The position numbers were made by a program, and so were the translations under genes. Shown one piece after another: positions 8,961 through 18,595 of a DNA stretch of 64,000 nt. The notes below the pieces were generated by a model. It did no database searches and was not told the DNA's origin. It worked only from the letters and a program-made list of their open reading frames with translations. Positions within the stretch are counted from its first letter, which is position 1. Each line of letters opens with the position of its first letter. The DNA comes from Fidelibacterota bacterium UBA2242 (GTDB lineage: Bacteria > Fidelibacterota > UBA2242): positions 90,265-154,264 of the forward strand of contig DDYE01000009.1 of the NCBI GenBank assembly GCA_002347855.1. The letters run 5' to 3'.

Positions 8961-10265
8961 ATGAAAGTTGCTAATAGAACATTCAGTTTAATCTCCTTAG
9001 GTTGTCCTAAAAATACAGTTGACTCGGAAGTGCTCAAGGGTGAATTATTGAAGGCTGGCTGGATTTATCTTGAAAAACCCAATGAAGCCGCCCATGTCAT
9101 CATCAATACCTGTGGCTTTATTCAACCGGCAAAAGAGGAATCCATTGAGACAATTTTGGATACGATCCAATTGAAAAAAAGCGGCAAAGTCGAAAAAGTC
9201 ATCGTATGGGGTTGCTTGACTCAGCGTTATTTTGACCAATTGCGCACGGAGTTACCGGAAGTAGATTGTCTTTTCGGGGTGGATGCCCAATCCGCTATTC
9301 TCGAATATCTAACCGGACAGATGCCTTCGTGCCAGGATTTTACACACAGTCGCAATCTGCTCACGCCATCGCATTACGCTTATCTTAAAATTGCGGAAGG
9401 GTGTGACAATGCCTGTTCTTTCTGCGCCATTCCCAATATTCGCGGACCGCAAAAAAGCCGCTCTATTGATAGTCTTCTATTGGAAGCAGAATACGTGAAG
9501 TCTCAGGGGGTTAAAGAACTCATCGTCATTGCTCAGGATATAACCCGCTACGGCTCTGATTTGAAGCCCGCCTCTGGCGGGTTGTTCGATTTGTTGTCAG
9601 AGTTACTCCGTGCCCGTCTTTTTCCATGGGTACGTCTGATGTATGCCAATCCCGCTTTCTGGCAGTCGGAATTGAATAGTTTATTTAATGACTACCCGGA
9701 ATTATGTCCCTACCTTGATATTCCCATTCAACATGCCAGTAATCGTTTATTGCGTCGGATGAAGCGTGGTATAACCCGCCAAAAAATGTCACAGGTTTTG
9801 CAGCGTCTCCGGCGGGAGGTGCCGAATCTGGCGCTGCGCACTGCCGTCATGGTTGGTTATCCCTCAGAAGAAGAGCGCGATTTTGAAGCTCTGTTGGATT
9901 TCATCGAAGAGATACGCTTTGAAAGACTGGGGGTGTTCTCTTATTCAAGTGAGGAAGGTACGCCCGCAGGTTTAGAGCCCGATAATGTGCCCCCTGAAAT
10001 CAAAGAAGAGCGGCGGGAACTTTTAATGCAGGTGCAATACGATATTTCGCATGAATTTGCCCGCCAGAAAATCGGCAAAAATATTACTGTTTTAATAGAA
10101 AAGCGCGACGGCGACTACTATTTAGGAAGGACGGTATGGGATGCGCCTGAAGTAGATTGCTTTGTCAGAGTCACCAGCCAGAAATCGCTGCCGATAGGTG
10201 AGTTCCAGACAGTTCAAATTAGTGGTGTGGATGGTTTAGATTTAATCGGTTTCTGTGCGCATTAA
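8961..10265 (+). CDS. rimO: Ribosomal protein S12 methylthiotransferase RimO
   Basis: It has an MTTase N-domain (SLGCPKNTVDSE), a radical-SAM motif (CxxxCxxC, CDNACSFC) and a C-terminal TRAM domain. The start is taken at the internal Met, because the longest ORF overlaps ftsY. Confidence 0.85.
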   Translation: MKVANRTFSLISLGCPKNTVDSEVLKGELLKAGWIYLEKPNEAAHVIINTCGFIQPAKEESIETILDTIQLKKSGKVEKVIVWGCLTQRYFDQLRTELPEVDCLFGVDAQSAILEYLTGQMPSCQDFTHSRNLLTPSHYAYLKIAEGCDNACSFCAIPNIRGPQKSRSIDSLLLEAEYVKSQGVKELIVIAQDITRYGSDLKPASGGLFDLLSELLRARLFPWVRLMYANPAFWQSELNSLFNDYPELCPYLDIPIQHASNRLLRRMKRGITRQKMSQVLQRLRREVPNLALRTAVMVGYPSEEERDFEALLDFIEEIRFERLGVFSYSSEEGTPAGLEPDNVPPEIKEERRELLMQVQYDISHEFARQKIGKNITVLIEKRDGDYYLGRTVWDAPEVDCFVRVTSQKSLPIGEFQTVQISGVDGLDLIGFCAH

Positions 10266-10348
10266 CTTTTGTTTCTTTAGTCGAGTTTAGCTAATTTTCA
10301 TTGTGATTTTATCATTATTTCAATTCAGAATAAGAAAAAGGAAATGAC

Positions 10349-11413
10349 ATGAAAGCCTTAATTACAGCGGGGGGACACGGTACGCGTTTGCGTCCCATTA
10401 CCCACACTCAAAACAAACACCTCATTCCGATTGCAAATAAGCCTATTTTGAACTATGCTCTTGAATATGTCCGCGATGCGGGAATTCGCGAAGTCGGCAT
10501 CATCACGAATAAGGAAGGGGGAGAAGTTAAAGAAGTCTATGGCGACGGCAGTGCCCTCGGCTTGCATATTACTTATATTCCCCAGGATACTCCGGCTGGG
10601 TTAGCCCATTGCGTTAAGATAGCGGAACCGTTTATCAAGGGAGAAACCTTCGTTTTTTATTTGGGTGATAATATAATCGTCGGCGGCATCAAGCGTTTCA
10701 TTGAGGAATTCGAGAAGAGCAATACGAACTGCCATTTAGTGCTTGCTAAAGTCCCCGATCCTGAGCGCTTCGGTGTGCCTGAAATTAAAGATGGTCGCAT
10801 TGTGAAAATTGTTGAAAAGCCCCAAAAACCAATGAGTGATTTTGCTGTGACTGGCATCTATATCTATGACAGCCATATTTTTGAAGCGGTAAACAATATT
10901 CAACCGAGTCCGCGCGGCGAACTGGAAATTTCCGATGCTCACCAATATCTTCTTGAGAAAGGATACCGCGTTACCTTTTCGGAAATCACCGGTTGGTGGA
11001 AGGATACTGGTAAACCCAATGACCTCTTAGAAGCCAATCGCTTAGTGTTAGATAATATCACGACTCGCATTGACGGCGAAGTGGATCAGGAGAGCAATGT
11101 TACCGGGCGGGTCATCATTGAAAAAGGCGCCAAAATTAGTAATAGTAACCTGCGGGGACCGATTATTATTGGCGCCGGCTCAAAAATCATCAACTCTTAT
11201 ATCGGTCCGTACACTTCTATTGATAAAAATTGCTTGATTGAAGCAACTGAAATTGAGTTTAGCATTATTTCCTCCGGTTGTGTAATCCAGAACCAGTCCA
11301 TTCGAATTGAAGCCAGTTTGCTGGGCAAAGATGTTCATATCTTGCGAGCTAATTCTAAACCACTTGTTAATCGCTTTATTGTTGGCGACCAAAGCCAAAT
11401 CGAGATTAGATAA
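10349..11413 (+). CDS. Sugar-phosphate nucleotidyltransferase (long RmlA-like, with C-terminal LbH domain)
   Basis: The N-terminus is AGGHGTRLRPIT..K and a hexapeptide-repeat C-terminus follows. An SD (AAGGAAA) precedes the ATG. Confidence 0.75.
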   Translation: MKALITAGGHGTRLRPITHTQNKHLIPIANKPILNYALEYVRDAGIREVGIITNKEGGEVKEVYGDGSALGLHITYIPQDTPAGLAHCVKIAEPFIKGETFVFYLGDNIIVGGIKRFIEEFEKSNTNCHLVLAKVPDPERFGVPEIKDGRIVKIVEKPQKPMSDFAVTGIYIYDSHIFEAVNNIQPSPRGELEISDAHQYLLEKGYRVTFSEITGWWKDTGKPNDLLEANRLVLDNITTRIDGEVDQESNVTGRVIIEKGAKISNSNLRGPIIIGAGSKIINSYIGPYTSIDKNCLIEATEIEFSIISSGCVIQNQSIRIEASLLGKDVHILRANSKPLVNRFIVGDQSQIEIR

Positions 11414-11415
11414 AA

Positions 11416-12714
11416 GTGATTCGTACGGTGGCAATTAAGACGCTGGGGTGTCGTCTCAATCAAGCTGAATCAGAAACTATACGTTTTGACTTGGAACAGC
11501 GTGGTCTACAGGTAGTGCAGGCTAACATGCCTGCCGATTTAGTTGTTATTAATTCTTGCGCCGTGACTCAGGCCGCGGAAGCCAAAATGCGTGGGGCAAT
11601 AGCAGCAGTGCGACGCACTGCACCCGACGCTCTTATTGCCGTAGTCGGTTGCGCTGCTTATCTTGGCGCCGAGCGTTTACGACAAATGCCCGCTGTCAAA
11701 TTGATTTTAGGTAATAGCGAGAAAAATAATCTCCCGCAGTATTTGCCCCGTGTAGAAGCCGGAGAAACCATCGTAGCGCTTGACGATTTAGAAGAGTCTC
11801 CGGCAGTATTTAAGCCGACTGATAAAAAATTGCACCCCGAACGGATTCGGGTGCTTTTAAAAGTTCAAGATGGTTGTGATTACCACTGCAGCTATTGCGT
11901 GGTTCCCCATCTGCGTGGTGAACCGCGTAGCCGTCCTTTGACTGAGTGTATATCCGAGGTCAAACAATTGGTAGCGCACGGTTGCCAGGAAGTTGTACTG
12001 ACAGGCATTAACCTTGGCTTGTACCAAACCGCCGAAGGTGACTTAACGACGCTTGTAGAGCGTATTTTAACCGAGACCGATTTGCCGCGTCTGCGCCTGA
12101 GCTCCATCGAGCCCGATTTAGTAACGCCACAGCTGATTACCTTAATGCGCTCAAATAATCGTCTCTGTCAACACTGGCATATCCCATTACAGTACGGCAC
12201 TGATGCCATTCTCCGTCAGATGCGGCGGCGTTACACGACGGCTTTCTATAGCGATTTAGTGCAGAGAATCAAAGATAATTTGCCGGCTGCCTGCGTGGGA
12301 GCAGATGTCATGGTGGGTTATCCTGGCGAGACCACCGAAGCATTTGAAGAAATGCGGGGCTTTTTACAAAAATTGGCTTTAGATTATCTGCATGTTTTTC
12401 GTTATTCGCCACGACCATACACGTCCTCCATTCAAAACCGCGAATCCATTACCAGCGCTGAGAAGAAAAGACGTTCACAAATTTTGATTAATCTGAGTGC
12501 CCAAAAACGACGCCACTTCCGATCGCAATTTATCGGTCAAATATTAACGATACTTTTTGAAGAGCAAGTCGGACCGATGGAATGGCAGGGGCTGAGTGGG
12601 AATTATCTAACAGTGCGCGTTTTTCATAAAGATAACTTGTTAAATAAAATATTTCAAGTTAGAATAATAGGTGAATCGGGAAATGTTTTAAAAGGAGAGA
12701 TTGTAAGTGAATAG
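11416..12714 (+). CDS. mtaB: tRNA t6A37 methylthiotransferase MtaB-like radical SAM enzyme
   Basis: It has an MTTase N-domain (IKTLGCRLNQAESE) and a radical-SAM motif (CDYHCSYC). It has a GTG start. Confidence 0.8.
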   Translation: MIRTVAIKTLGCRLNQAESETIRFDLEQRGLQVVQANMPADLVVINSCAVTQAAEAKMRGAIAAVRRTAPDALIAVVGCAAYLGAERLRQMPAVKLILGNSEKNNLPQYLPRVEAGETIVALDDLEESPAVFKPTDKKLHPERIRVLLKVQDGCDYHCSYCVVPHLRGEPRSRPLTECISEVKQLVAHGCQEVVLTGINLGLYQTAEGDLTTLVERILTETDLPRLRLSSIEPDLVTPQLITLMRSNNRLCQHWHIPLQYGTDAILRQMRRRYTTAFYSDLVQRIKDNLPAACVGADVMVGYPGETTEAFEEMRGFLQKLALDYLHVFRYSPRPYTSSIQNRESITSAEKKRRSQILINLSAQKRRHFRSQFIGQILTILFEEQVGPMEWQGLSGNYLTVRVFHKDNLLNKIFQVRIIGESGNVLKGEIVSE

Positions 12715-13330
12715 TCCGGTCTATTTTATCGGCGTAGCAGGCAATATCGGGGTAGGGAAAACGACCATGACTGACATCATTGCACGAAACTTTGGCTGGC
12801 GTGCCTATTATGAATCGGTCATTGACAATCCGTACCTCGAGGATTTCTACGCTGATATGCGCCAGTGGAGCTTTCATCTACAGGTTTATTTTTTATCGCA
12901 TCGTTTCAAGACCCACAAGCAGATGACCGAAAGCCCGATTTCGACGGTACAAGACCGCACAATATATGAGGATGTCGAAATCTTTGCTCGCAATCTCTAC
13001 GAAATGGGCTATATGAGCAAGCGCGATTGGGATAACTATAGTGCACTTTTCGAAATCATGACTTCTTATCTTAAACGCCCCGACCTGATAATTTATTTGC
13101 GAGCCAGCGTAGATACTCTATTGACCCGCATTAAGAAACGTTCACGCGGCTTTGAACGCGACATCTCTCCTGAATATATTTATCGTCTCAATCTTTCTTA
13201 TGAACGCTGGATTAAGAGAGAACAGGAAAAGAGTCCCGTTTTGATTGTCGAGACTGACCATTTTAATGTCTTCGAGGATTTAGACGAACTGGAAAATATT
13301 CTGCATAAAATCAGAACATATTGCCCATAA
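12707..13330 (+). CDS. Deoxynucleoside kinase
   Basis: The P-loop is GNIGVGKTT, and ERS and RDW motifs of the dNK family are present. It overlaps mtaB by 8 nt. Confidence 0.85.
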   Translation: MNSPVYFIGVAGNIGVGKTTMTDIIARNFGWRAYYESVIDNPYLEDFYADMRQWSFHLQVYFLSHRFKTHKQMTESPISTVQDRTIYEDVEIFARNLYEMGYMSKRDWDNYSALFEIMTSYLKRPDLIIYLRASVDTLLTRIKKRSRGFERDISPEYIYRLNLSYERWIKREQEKSPVLIVETDHFNVFEDLDELENILHKIRTYCP

Positions 13331-13488
13331 TAACTGTACTATCTTTTAGTCTTGTTAATGGGTTAAAACCTATTTTTAGAAGATGACCCATATCCCAATA
13401 CCCTCCCGCCCAGGCGGGACGAATGGCGGACAAGTTTCACGCGGGGCTACTTATTCCTCTTTATTTTTGGATTGCCGCGATTGAATAG

Positions 13489-13508
13489 CTACGGCTTTTA
13501 AGCCGTAG
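13489..13508. terminator. 8-bp stem / 4-nt loop hairpin between convergent genes
   Basis: Seen directly as ctacggct-ttta-agccgtag. A second GC hairpin lies at about 13404–13419. No clean U-tract follows either. Confidence 0.3.
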
Positions 13509-13513
13509 GTCAA

Positions 13514-14221
13514 TTAATAAAGAATGATAATTAAATCATAAAAAGTATGCGTATATGCGGTTATGCCATAGCCGCGCAAGGCATAAAGCGAGCCTAAGAA
13601 AATGCCGGCTGCCAGACGCACCGCTCCCGAACGCAGAGTAAAAGTTTCACCGTAAGGACCCAGATAGTGAAATAAGGTAAACAGCAAGGCTGCAATGATA
13701 ATTGCTAAACCAGTAGCAAGGGCGTTATTAAACCGCAAAATATTCGCCAGGAAAAAAGTCATGCCGGTCACTAAAATAACCCGGAAAATAAATTCTTCGT
13801 AAACTCCAGCGCCTAATGCCAGCACAATCTGAAATTTAAGGTTCGAGGGACCAATGACTAATCCGAATCGCCCAGCTTGCTGGACGACAAGATAGAAAAG
13901 AATGGCGTAAACGATGCTTTCCAGCAACATTAAGATAAAAAATTGACCGCGTAGGGCAAAGTGATGTCGCGAACGATAAGTGAAATAATAAGCCAATAGA
14001 AAAGCGCTTAGAATCACGAAACCGACGGCATAAAAGCCATAGATATTAAAAAGCCTAAAAATCTGGTGAAAAATTATATCGGCGCCATTCCGTAAACCTA
14101 AAATATCCGAATGGTTAAAAGAAAAAATCAAAATTTCATAGATTAACAGCAGTGGCAGCGTGATTACAATACTATAGAGTGGTGACTTAGACTGTTCCCA
14201 GTAGGATTTGAGAATAGACAT
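13514..14221 (-). CDS. CPBP family intramembrane metalloprotease (CAAX protease-like)
   Basis: It is polytopic, with EEFIFR (motif 1), FTLFHY (motif 2) and a later H. Confidence 0.75.
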   Translation of the reverse strand: MSILKSYWEQSKSPLYSIVITLPLLLIYEILIFSFNHSDILGLRNGADIIFHQIFRLFNIYGFYAVGFVILSAFLLAYYFTYRSRHHFALRGQFFILMLLESIVYAILFYLVVQQAGRFGLVIGPSNLKFQIVLALGAGVYEEFIFRVILVTGMTFFLANILRFNNALATGLAIIIAALLFTLFHYLGPYGETFTLRSGAVRLAAGIFLGSLYALRGYGITAYTHTFYDLIIILY

Positions 14222-14253
14222 GTTTTAGCAAGGATGAATGGTACGGGGTAGCA

Positions 14254-16050
14254 TCAATGTTCCATTTTCAGGACTGCAAGAAAAGCTTCCTGCGGTACTT
14301 CGACTTTGCCAATCTGTTTCATGCGACGCTTACCTTCTTTCTGCTTTTCGAGGAGTTTGCGTTTACGGGTGATGTCGCCGCCGTAGCATTTAGCGGTCAC
14401 GTTTTTCCGCAAGGGGCTTTTGACTTCACGGGCAATAACTCGGCTTCCGATTGCCGCTTGAATGACGACTTCAAAGAGTTGCTTGGGAATCAGCTCGCGC
14501 AGCTTGGCGCATAATGCCCGACCGTGTTGGTAGGCTTTGTCGCGATGTACTATGGCGGAAAGGGCGTCCACTGGTTCGCCGGAAATGAGAATATCCAGTT
14601 TGACTAGGTCGCCCTCGCGGAAACCAATTGGTTCATAATCGAAGGAGGCATATCCTCGTGAGACCGATTTAAGCCTATCATAGAAATTGAAAATTATTTC
14701 AGATAAAGGGAATTCGTAGTTTAGTTGGACTTTTTCAGCATCAAGATAGCGGGTATTTTTATAGATACCACGCTTCTCCTGACAGAGTTTGAGAATATTG
14801 CCAAGGTAAGTGGGGGGCGTAATTATTTCGGCTTTGACATATGGTTCGCGCAGGGTTTCTATTTCACCGATGGGTGGCATGCGGGAAGGGTTATCAACTT
14901 CGAGAATTTCTCCATTTTTCAGGATTACCTGAAAGCGCACATTGGGCATGGTCGTGACTAATTCCAGATTGAATTCCCGTTCCAGGCGCTCTTGCACAAT
15001 TTCCATGTGCAGCAAGCCGAGATAACCACAGCGAAAACCGAATCCCAGCGCGCTGGAAGTTTCGGGTTCATATACCAGCGAGCTATCGTTCAACCGCATT
15101 TTTTCCAGAGAAGAGCGCAGGTTTTCGTAGTCGTCGCTATCGACGGGATACATGCCACTGAAAACCATCGGCTTGACCACGCGATAGCCGGGGAGCGGTT
15201 CATGGGCAGGACTGTCTCTAAGAGTGATCGTATCGCCAACTTTGACCTTAGAAATATCCTTGACTCCGCCGATAATATAACCAACTTCACCGGAAGCCAG
15301 CTGGTCGGTCCGCTGGCGATGCATGCGAAAAACACCTACTTCGGAAACCTCGTAGCTCATATTACTGGCGAAAAAACGAATGTAATCGCCTGTTTTGACA
15401 ACTCCTTCAAAAATGCGCACATAAGGAATAGCGCCCCGGAATGAATCAAAAGTCGAATCGAAAATCAGGGCACGCAAGGGACTGGTCAAGTCAAGACATG
15501 GCGGCGGTATGCGCGTAATTATGGCTTCAACCAGGGCTTCGATTCCTATTCCACTCTTGGCACTTGTTAACAGAATTTCATCTTCCCGACAACCGATTAA
15601 ATCTATGATTTGACGACGAGTTTCGGGAATCCGTGCTCCCTGCAAGTCAATTTTATTAATGACTGGTATCAAGGTCAAATTGTGTTCAATCGCCAGATAG
15701 GCATTGCTTACGGTCTGGGCTTCCACGCCTTGCGTGGCGTCAACTAACAACAGGGCGCCTTCGCAAGCTGCCAAACTGCGTGAAACTTCATAAGAAAAAT
15801 CCACATGTCCAGGTGTGTCAATTAAGTTGAGAATATACTCACTGCCGTCAGGTGCGGTGTAATGCATCCGTACCGGGTGAGACTTGATGGTAATACCACG
15901 CTCGCGCTCGAGATCCATGTCGTCTAAGACCTGCTCTTTCATTTCGCGCTGGCTGATTGTACCGGTATACTCTAATAGACGGTCGGCTAAGGTTGATTTG
16001 CCGTGGTCGATATGGGCGATAATGCAGAAATTTCTAATATTCCTACTCAC
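14254..16050 (-). CDS. lepA: Elongation factor 4 (LepA)
   Basis: The N-terminus [22 protein letters not shown], GTPase motifs and the LepA C-terminal domain are present. Confidence 0.95.
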   Translation of the reverse strand: MSRNIRNFCIIAHIDHGKSTLADRLLEYTGTISQREMKEQVLDDMDLERERGITIKSHPVRMHYTAPDGSEYILNLIDTPGHVDFSYEVSRSLAACEGALLLVDATQGVEAQTVSNAYLAIEHNLTLIPVINKIDLQGARIPETRRQIIDLIGCREDEILLTSAKSGIGIEALVEAIITRIPPPCLDLTSPLRALIFDSTFDSFRGAIPYVRIFEGVVKTGDYIRFFASNMSYEVSEVGVFRMHRQRTDQLASGEVGYIIGGVKDISKVKVGDTITLRDSPAHEPLPGYRVVKPMVFSGMYPVDSDDYENLRSSLEKMRLNDSSLVYEPETSSALGFGFRCGYLGLLHMEIVQERLEREFNLELVTTMPNVRFQVILKNGEILEVDNPSRMPPIGEIETLREPYVKAEIITPPTYLGNILKLCQEKRGIYKNTRYLDAEKVQLNYEFPLSEIIFNFYDRLKSVSRGYASFDYEPIGFREGDLVKLDILISGEPVDALSAIVHRDKAYQHGRALCAKLRELIPKQLFEVVIQAAIGSRVIAREVKSPLRKNVTAKCYGGDITRKRKLLEKQKEGKRRMKQIGKVEVPQEAFLAVLKMEH

Positions 16051-16253
16051 GGCGGTGAATTTAACTCTATATGTACAAGATTAACAAGACGAAGAGCAGG
16101 GAAATTATTAACTGCAGAGGACGCGGAGAGCGCGGAGATTTATTATTTCGCCCCAGATGGACACAGATTACTACAGATGTTTATCAAATAAGCGGGGCAT
16201 ATTAGGGAAAGGAATATGATTATCAAAATTGTCGTCGTGGGAATGAGGCTATA

Positions 16254-16832
16254 TTAACGATATAGCTTATGTTCTGTAATATATTGTGCTATTGCCTGTG
16301 GCACATAGCCTTCCAGTGATTGTCCTTGGCGAACCCTATTCCGAACCAAACTGGACGAAATGGGAGACATTTGATTTTTTAAAACTATAACCTGCTGCAG
16401 GAATTTAGGCTCTACTTTATCTAAATCGCATTCCGGTCGCTTTGCAATCACGACCTGCACAGAATTTAGAATGGCTTCTGGTTCGCGCCAGTTGGCGAAG
16501 TCCAGCAGACTGTCTGCGCCAATCAGGAGATAGTACTCGGCTTGGGGCTCTTGCGCTTTTAGAAAACGGATAGTGTCAATAGTATAGGAGATGCCTTCAC
16601 GCTCAATTTCGACCGTGTTGATACGAAAATGGGGATGTCCCGCGAGAGCAAGGCGCAGCATATTCAAGCGGTCTGCGGCAGTAGCATAAGTACGGTGACC
16701 TTTTTGAGGGGCGATATAGGCGGGAATGAAAAGCACTTCGTCTAATTGCAGCTCTTTCAGAAAAGATGTCGCGATGGTCAGATGTCCGTTATGCGGCGGA
16801 TCGAAGCTGCCACCGAATAAGCCGATTTTCAT
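16254..16832 (-). CDS. nadD: Nicotinate-nucleotide adenylyltransferase
   Basis: The N-terminus is GLFGGSFDPPHNGHL. Its start overlaps the bamD stop as ATGA. Confidence 0.9.
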   Translation of the reverse strand: MKIGLFGGSFDPPHNGHLTIATSFLKELQLDEVLFIPAYIAPQKGHRTYATAADRLNMLRLALAGHPHFRINTVEIEREGISYTIDTIRFLKAQEPQAEYYLLIGADSLLDFANWREPEAILNSVQVVIAKRPECDLDKVEPKFLQQVIVLKNQMSPISSSLVRNRVRQGQSLEGYVPQAIAQYITEHKLYR

Positions 16833-17632
16833 GGATTATTTTTCTTCAACTCTTTTTCGAGTTGCTTTTTTTCGCGATTGTAGGAAAGTTGCAAATACAC
16901 CATTTGTTCGGCAGGGATACGCTCTTTGTACTTGCTGTTGAGAATCTGGCGCACCTGTTCGTATTCATCGAAGCGCCGCAAGCGGATAAGGCAATAGGCT
17001 TTTTCCAGATAGGCTGGCAGGACCCAATCGGTGTCGTAATAGAGTTCAAGAACTTTATCGAAGTAAATGATGGCTGACTCCCACTCGCGCAGTTTGCGGT
17101 AGAGTCGTCCGCTTTCGAAAAGTTTTCGTCCTAAACGATTGCGGATTTCGATAATCATTTTTTCAGCAGCAGGACGATATTTGCTATTGGAATAAGTTTC
17201 AACAAAATCCTGAAAACTCTGCAAAGCCTTCAAGGTATATTCCTGGTCAAGTTGATATTGAGGCGCATTTTTAAATTGCGAGAGCGCGATTTTGTAACTG
17301 GCATCTTCGACTAGCGAGCTATACGGATAGCGCTCCGTCAATTTCTGATACTCGGCAATGGCTAAAAGATACTCTTTGCGATTGAAATAACATTCACCAA
17401 TATAAAATTGGGCATCATCGGCTAAATCACTGCCTGGATTATTGAGCACGACCAGAGTGAAATATTCAATGGCTTTGTCCCATTTTTTCTTATTGAAAGC
17501 CTCGGTTCCCTTTTGATAGGTTTTATTGAAATCAGTCACAATTTTCGGCTGATTGCTCGAACAGCTCGTCATTATCAATATCAGATAAATTAGACTCGTC
17601 AGGCTAATTTTTTCCAGAAGACTATTTTTCAT
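16829..17632 (-). CDS. bamD: Outer membrane protein assembly factor BamD-like TPR lipoprotein
   Basis: It has a lipoprotein signal (LILIMTSCSS) and YfiO/BamD-like TPRs (DDAQFYIGECYFNRKEY..AIAEYQKL). Confidence 0.8.
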   Translation of the reverse strand: MKNSLLEKISLTSLIYLILIMTSCSSNQPKIVTDFNKTYQKGTEAFNKKKWDKAIEYFTLVVLNNPGSDLADDAQFYIGECYFNRKEYLLAIAEYQKLTERYPYSSLVEDASYKIALSQFKNAPQYQLDQEYTLKALQSFQDFVETYSNSKYRPAAEKMIIEIRNRLGRKLFESGRLYRKLREWESAIIYFDKVLELYYDTDWVLPAYLEKAYCLIRLRRFDEYEQVRQILNSKYKERIPAEQMVYLQLSYNREKKQLEKELKKNNP

Positions 17633-17673
17633 GCTGCTACTTTCTAAAAACTTTGAGAGACGATGACAATTGG

Positions 17674-18585
17674 CTAAAACGAGAGGGAGACATTAATTCC
17701 CCGAATTGGATAGCGATAACGGTAATCGGCGACTAAGTCTAATGACCAGCTGACAGACTTGCTTTCCGGTGGACGATAATGTTTGGCAGCAATCTGAGCA
17801 TGAAAGGCGCTAATAAGATGGTTAAACATGATTACCGTAGCGAAATTGGTCGCCATTTTCAATGCCTGATTCGATTTGTAGCGGTCATTGAGATATTTAT
17901 TGCGTTCAGGGCTATTCTTGACCGGTTCAATCTGGGTAGTATCTACATAATCAGTGGAAAAATCATCCCAGCCAGTCGCAAATTGGTCATACTTGCCGAT
18001 ATTTTCATAAAAATCGCGCGTACGTATCGGGCGCAAGGTCTGCTGTTCAAAGGGTAAATCCTTTTCGTTGGCGAGAATGCTTGCCCAGGTAGGTATGTAA
18101 AGGTTAAGGGTATCCTCATGAGCAGGATATTCCATCCCATTATATTCAATCCAGATGGAATGGGAACCAAAGCCTTTGCGCGTCAAGCCAAATAAATCTG
18201 GATAAGTCAAGCTATTAGCGTACCAGTTCCACAAACTCCAATGATTATTGGCAAAGTGCTTATAACTTTTTTCGATTTTATTACCGGTACTTTTTTGATT
18301 GAAGTAAACAGCCCATGAGATAGCCTCGACGCTGGCAAAAGCAATGGCGCGATAGCGGGCGCCAGCATAAAATTCACCTGCACCTGGAATCGCTGCCGAT
18401 AGCAAAAAGGCTACGCCCGGTGATTTGGCATAATTGAATTCGAAAGTATCAGATTGCACTTGGGCATAACGCAAATTATAGAGTAAGCGTTCCCGTGTAG
18501 TGGCATCGTCCTTGTCCCAGCCACCGAGTTGTTGCGAAAATGCTAAGTAAGGGATGAAAATCGCGAATAATAAACGTGATTTCAT
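17674..18585 (-). CDS. Secreted protein, DUF5683-like (SAxIPGAGEFY motif)
   Basis: A signal peptide starts at MKSRLLFAIF. A strong SD (AAGGAGG) lies 5 nt upstream of ATG 18585 and overlaps the stop of the upstream gene. The protein ends in F. The DUF assignment is from memory. Confidence 0.4.
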   Translation of the reverse strand: MKSRLLFAIFIPYLAFSQQLGGWDKDDATTRERLLYNLRYAQVQSDTFEFNYAKSPGVAFLLSAAIPGAGEFYAGARYRAIAFASVEAISWAVYFNQKSTGNKIEKSYKHFANNHWSLWNWYANSLTYPDLFGLTRKGFGSHSIWIEYNGMEYPAHEDTLNLYIPTWASILANEKDLPFEQQTLRPIRTRDFYENIGKYDQFATGWDDFSTDYVDTTQIEPVKNSPERNKYLNDRYKSNQALKMATNFATVIMFNHLISAFHAQIAAKHYRPPESKSVSWSLDLVADYRYRYPIRGINVSLSF

Positions 18586-18595
18586 AGCGCCTCCT

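Noticed and set aside
15884-16191. ORFs 15884..16084+ and 16003..16191+ in and around the lepA–nadD spacer.
   Set aside because: They are on the opposite strand to the surrounding operon, overlap the lepA 5' end, and have no start context or motifs.
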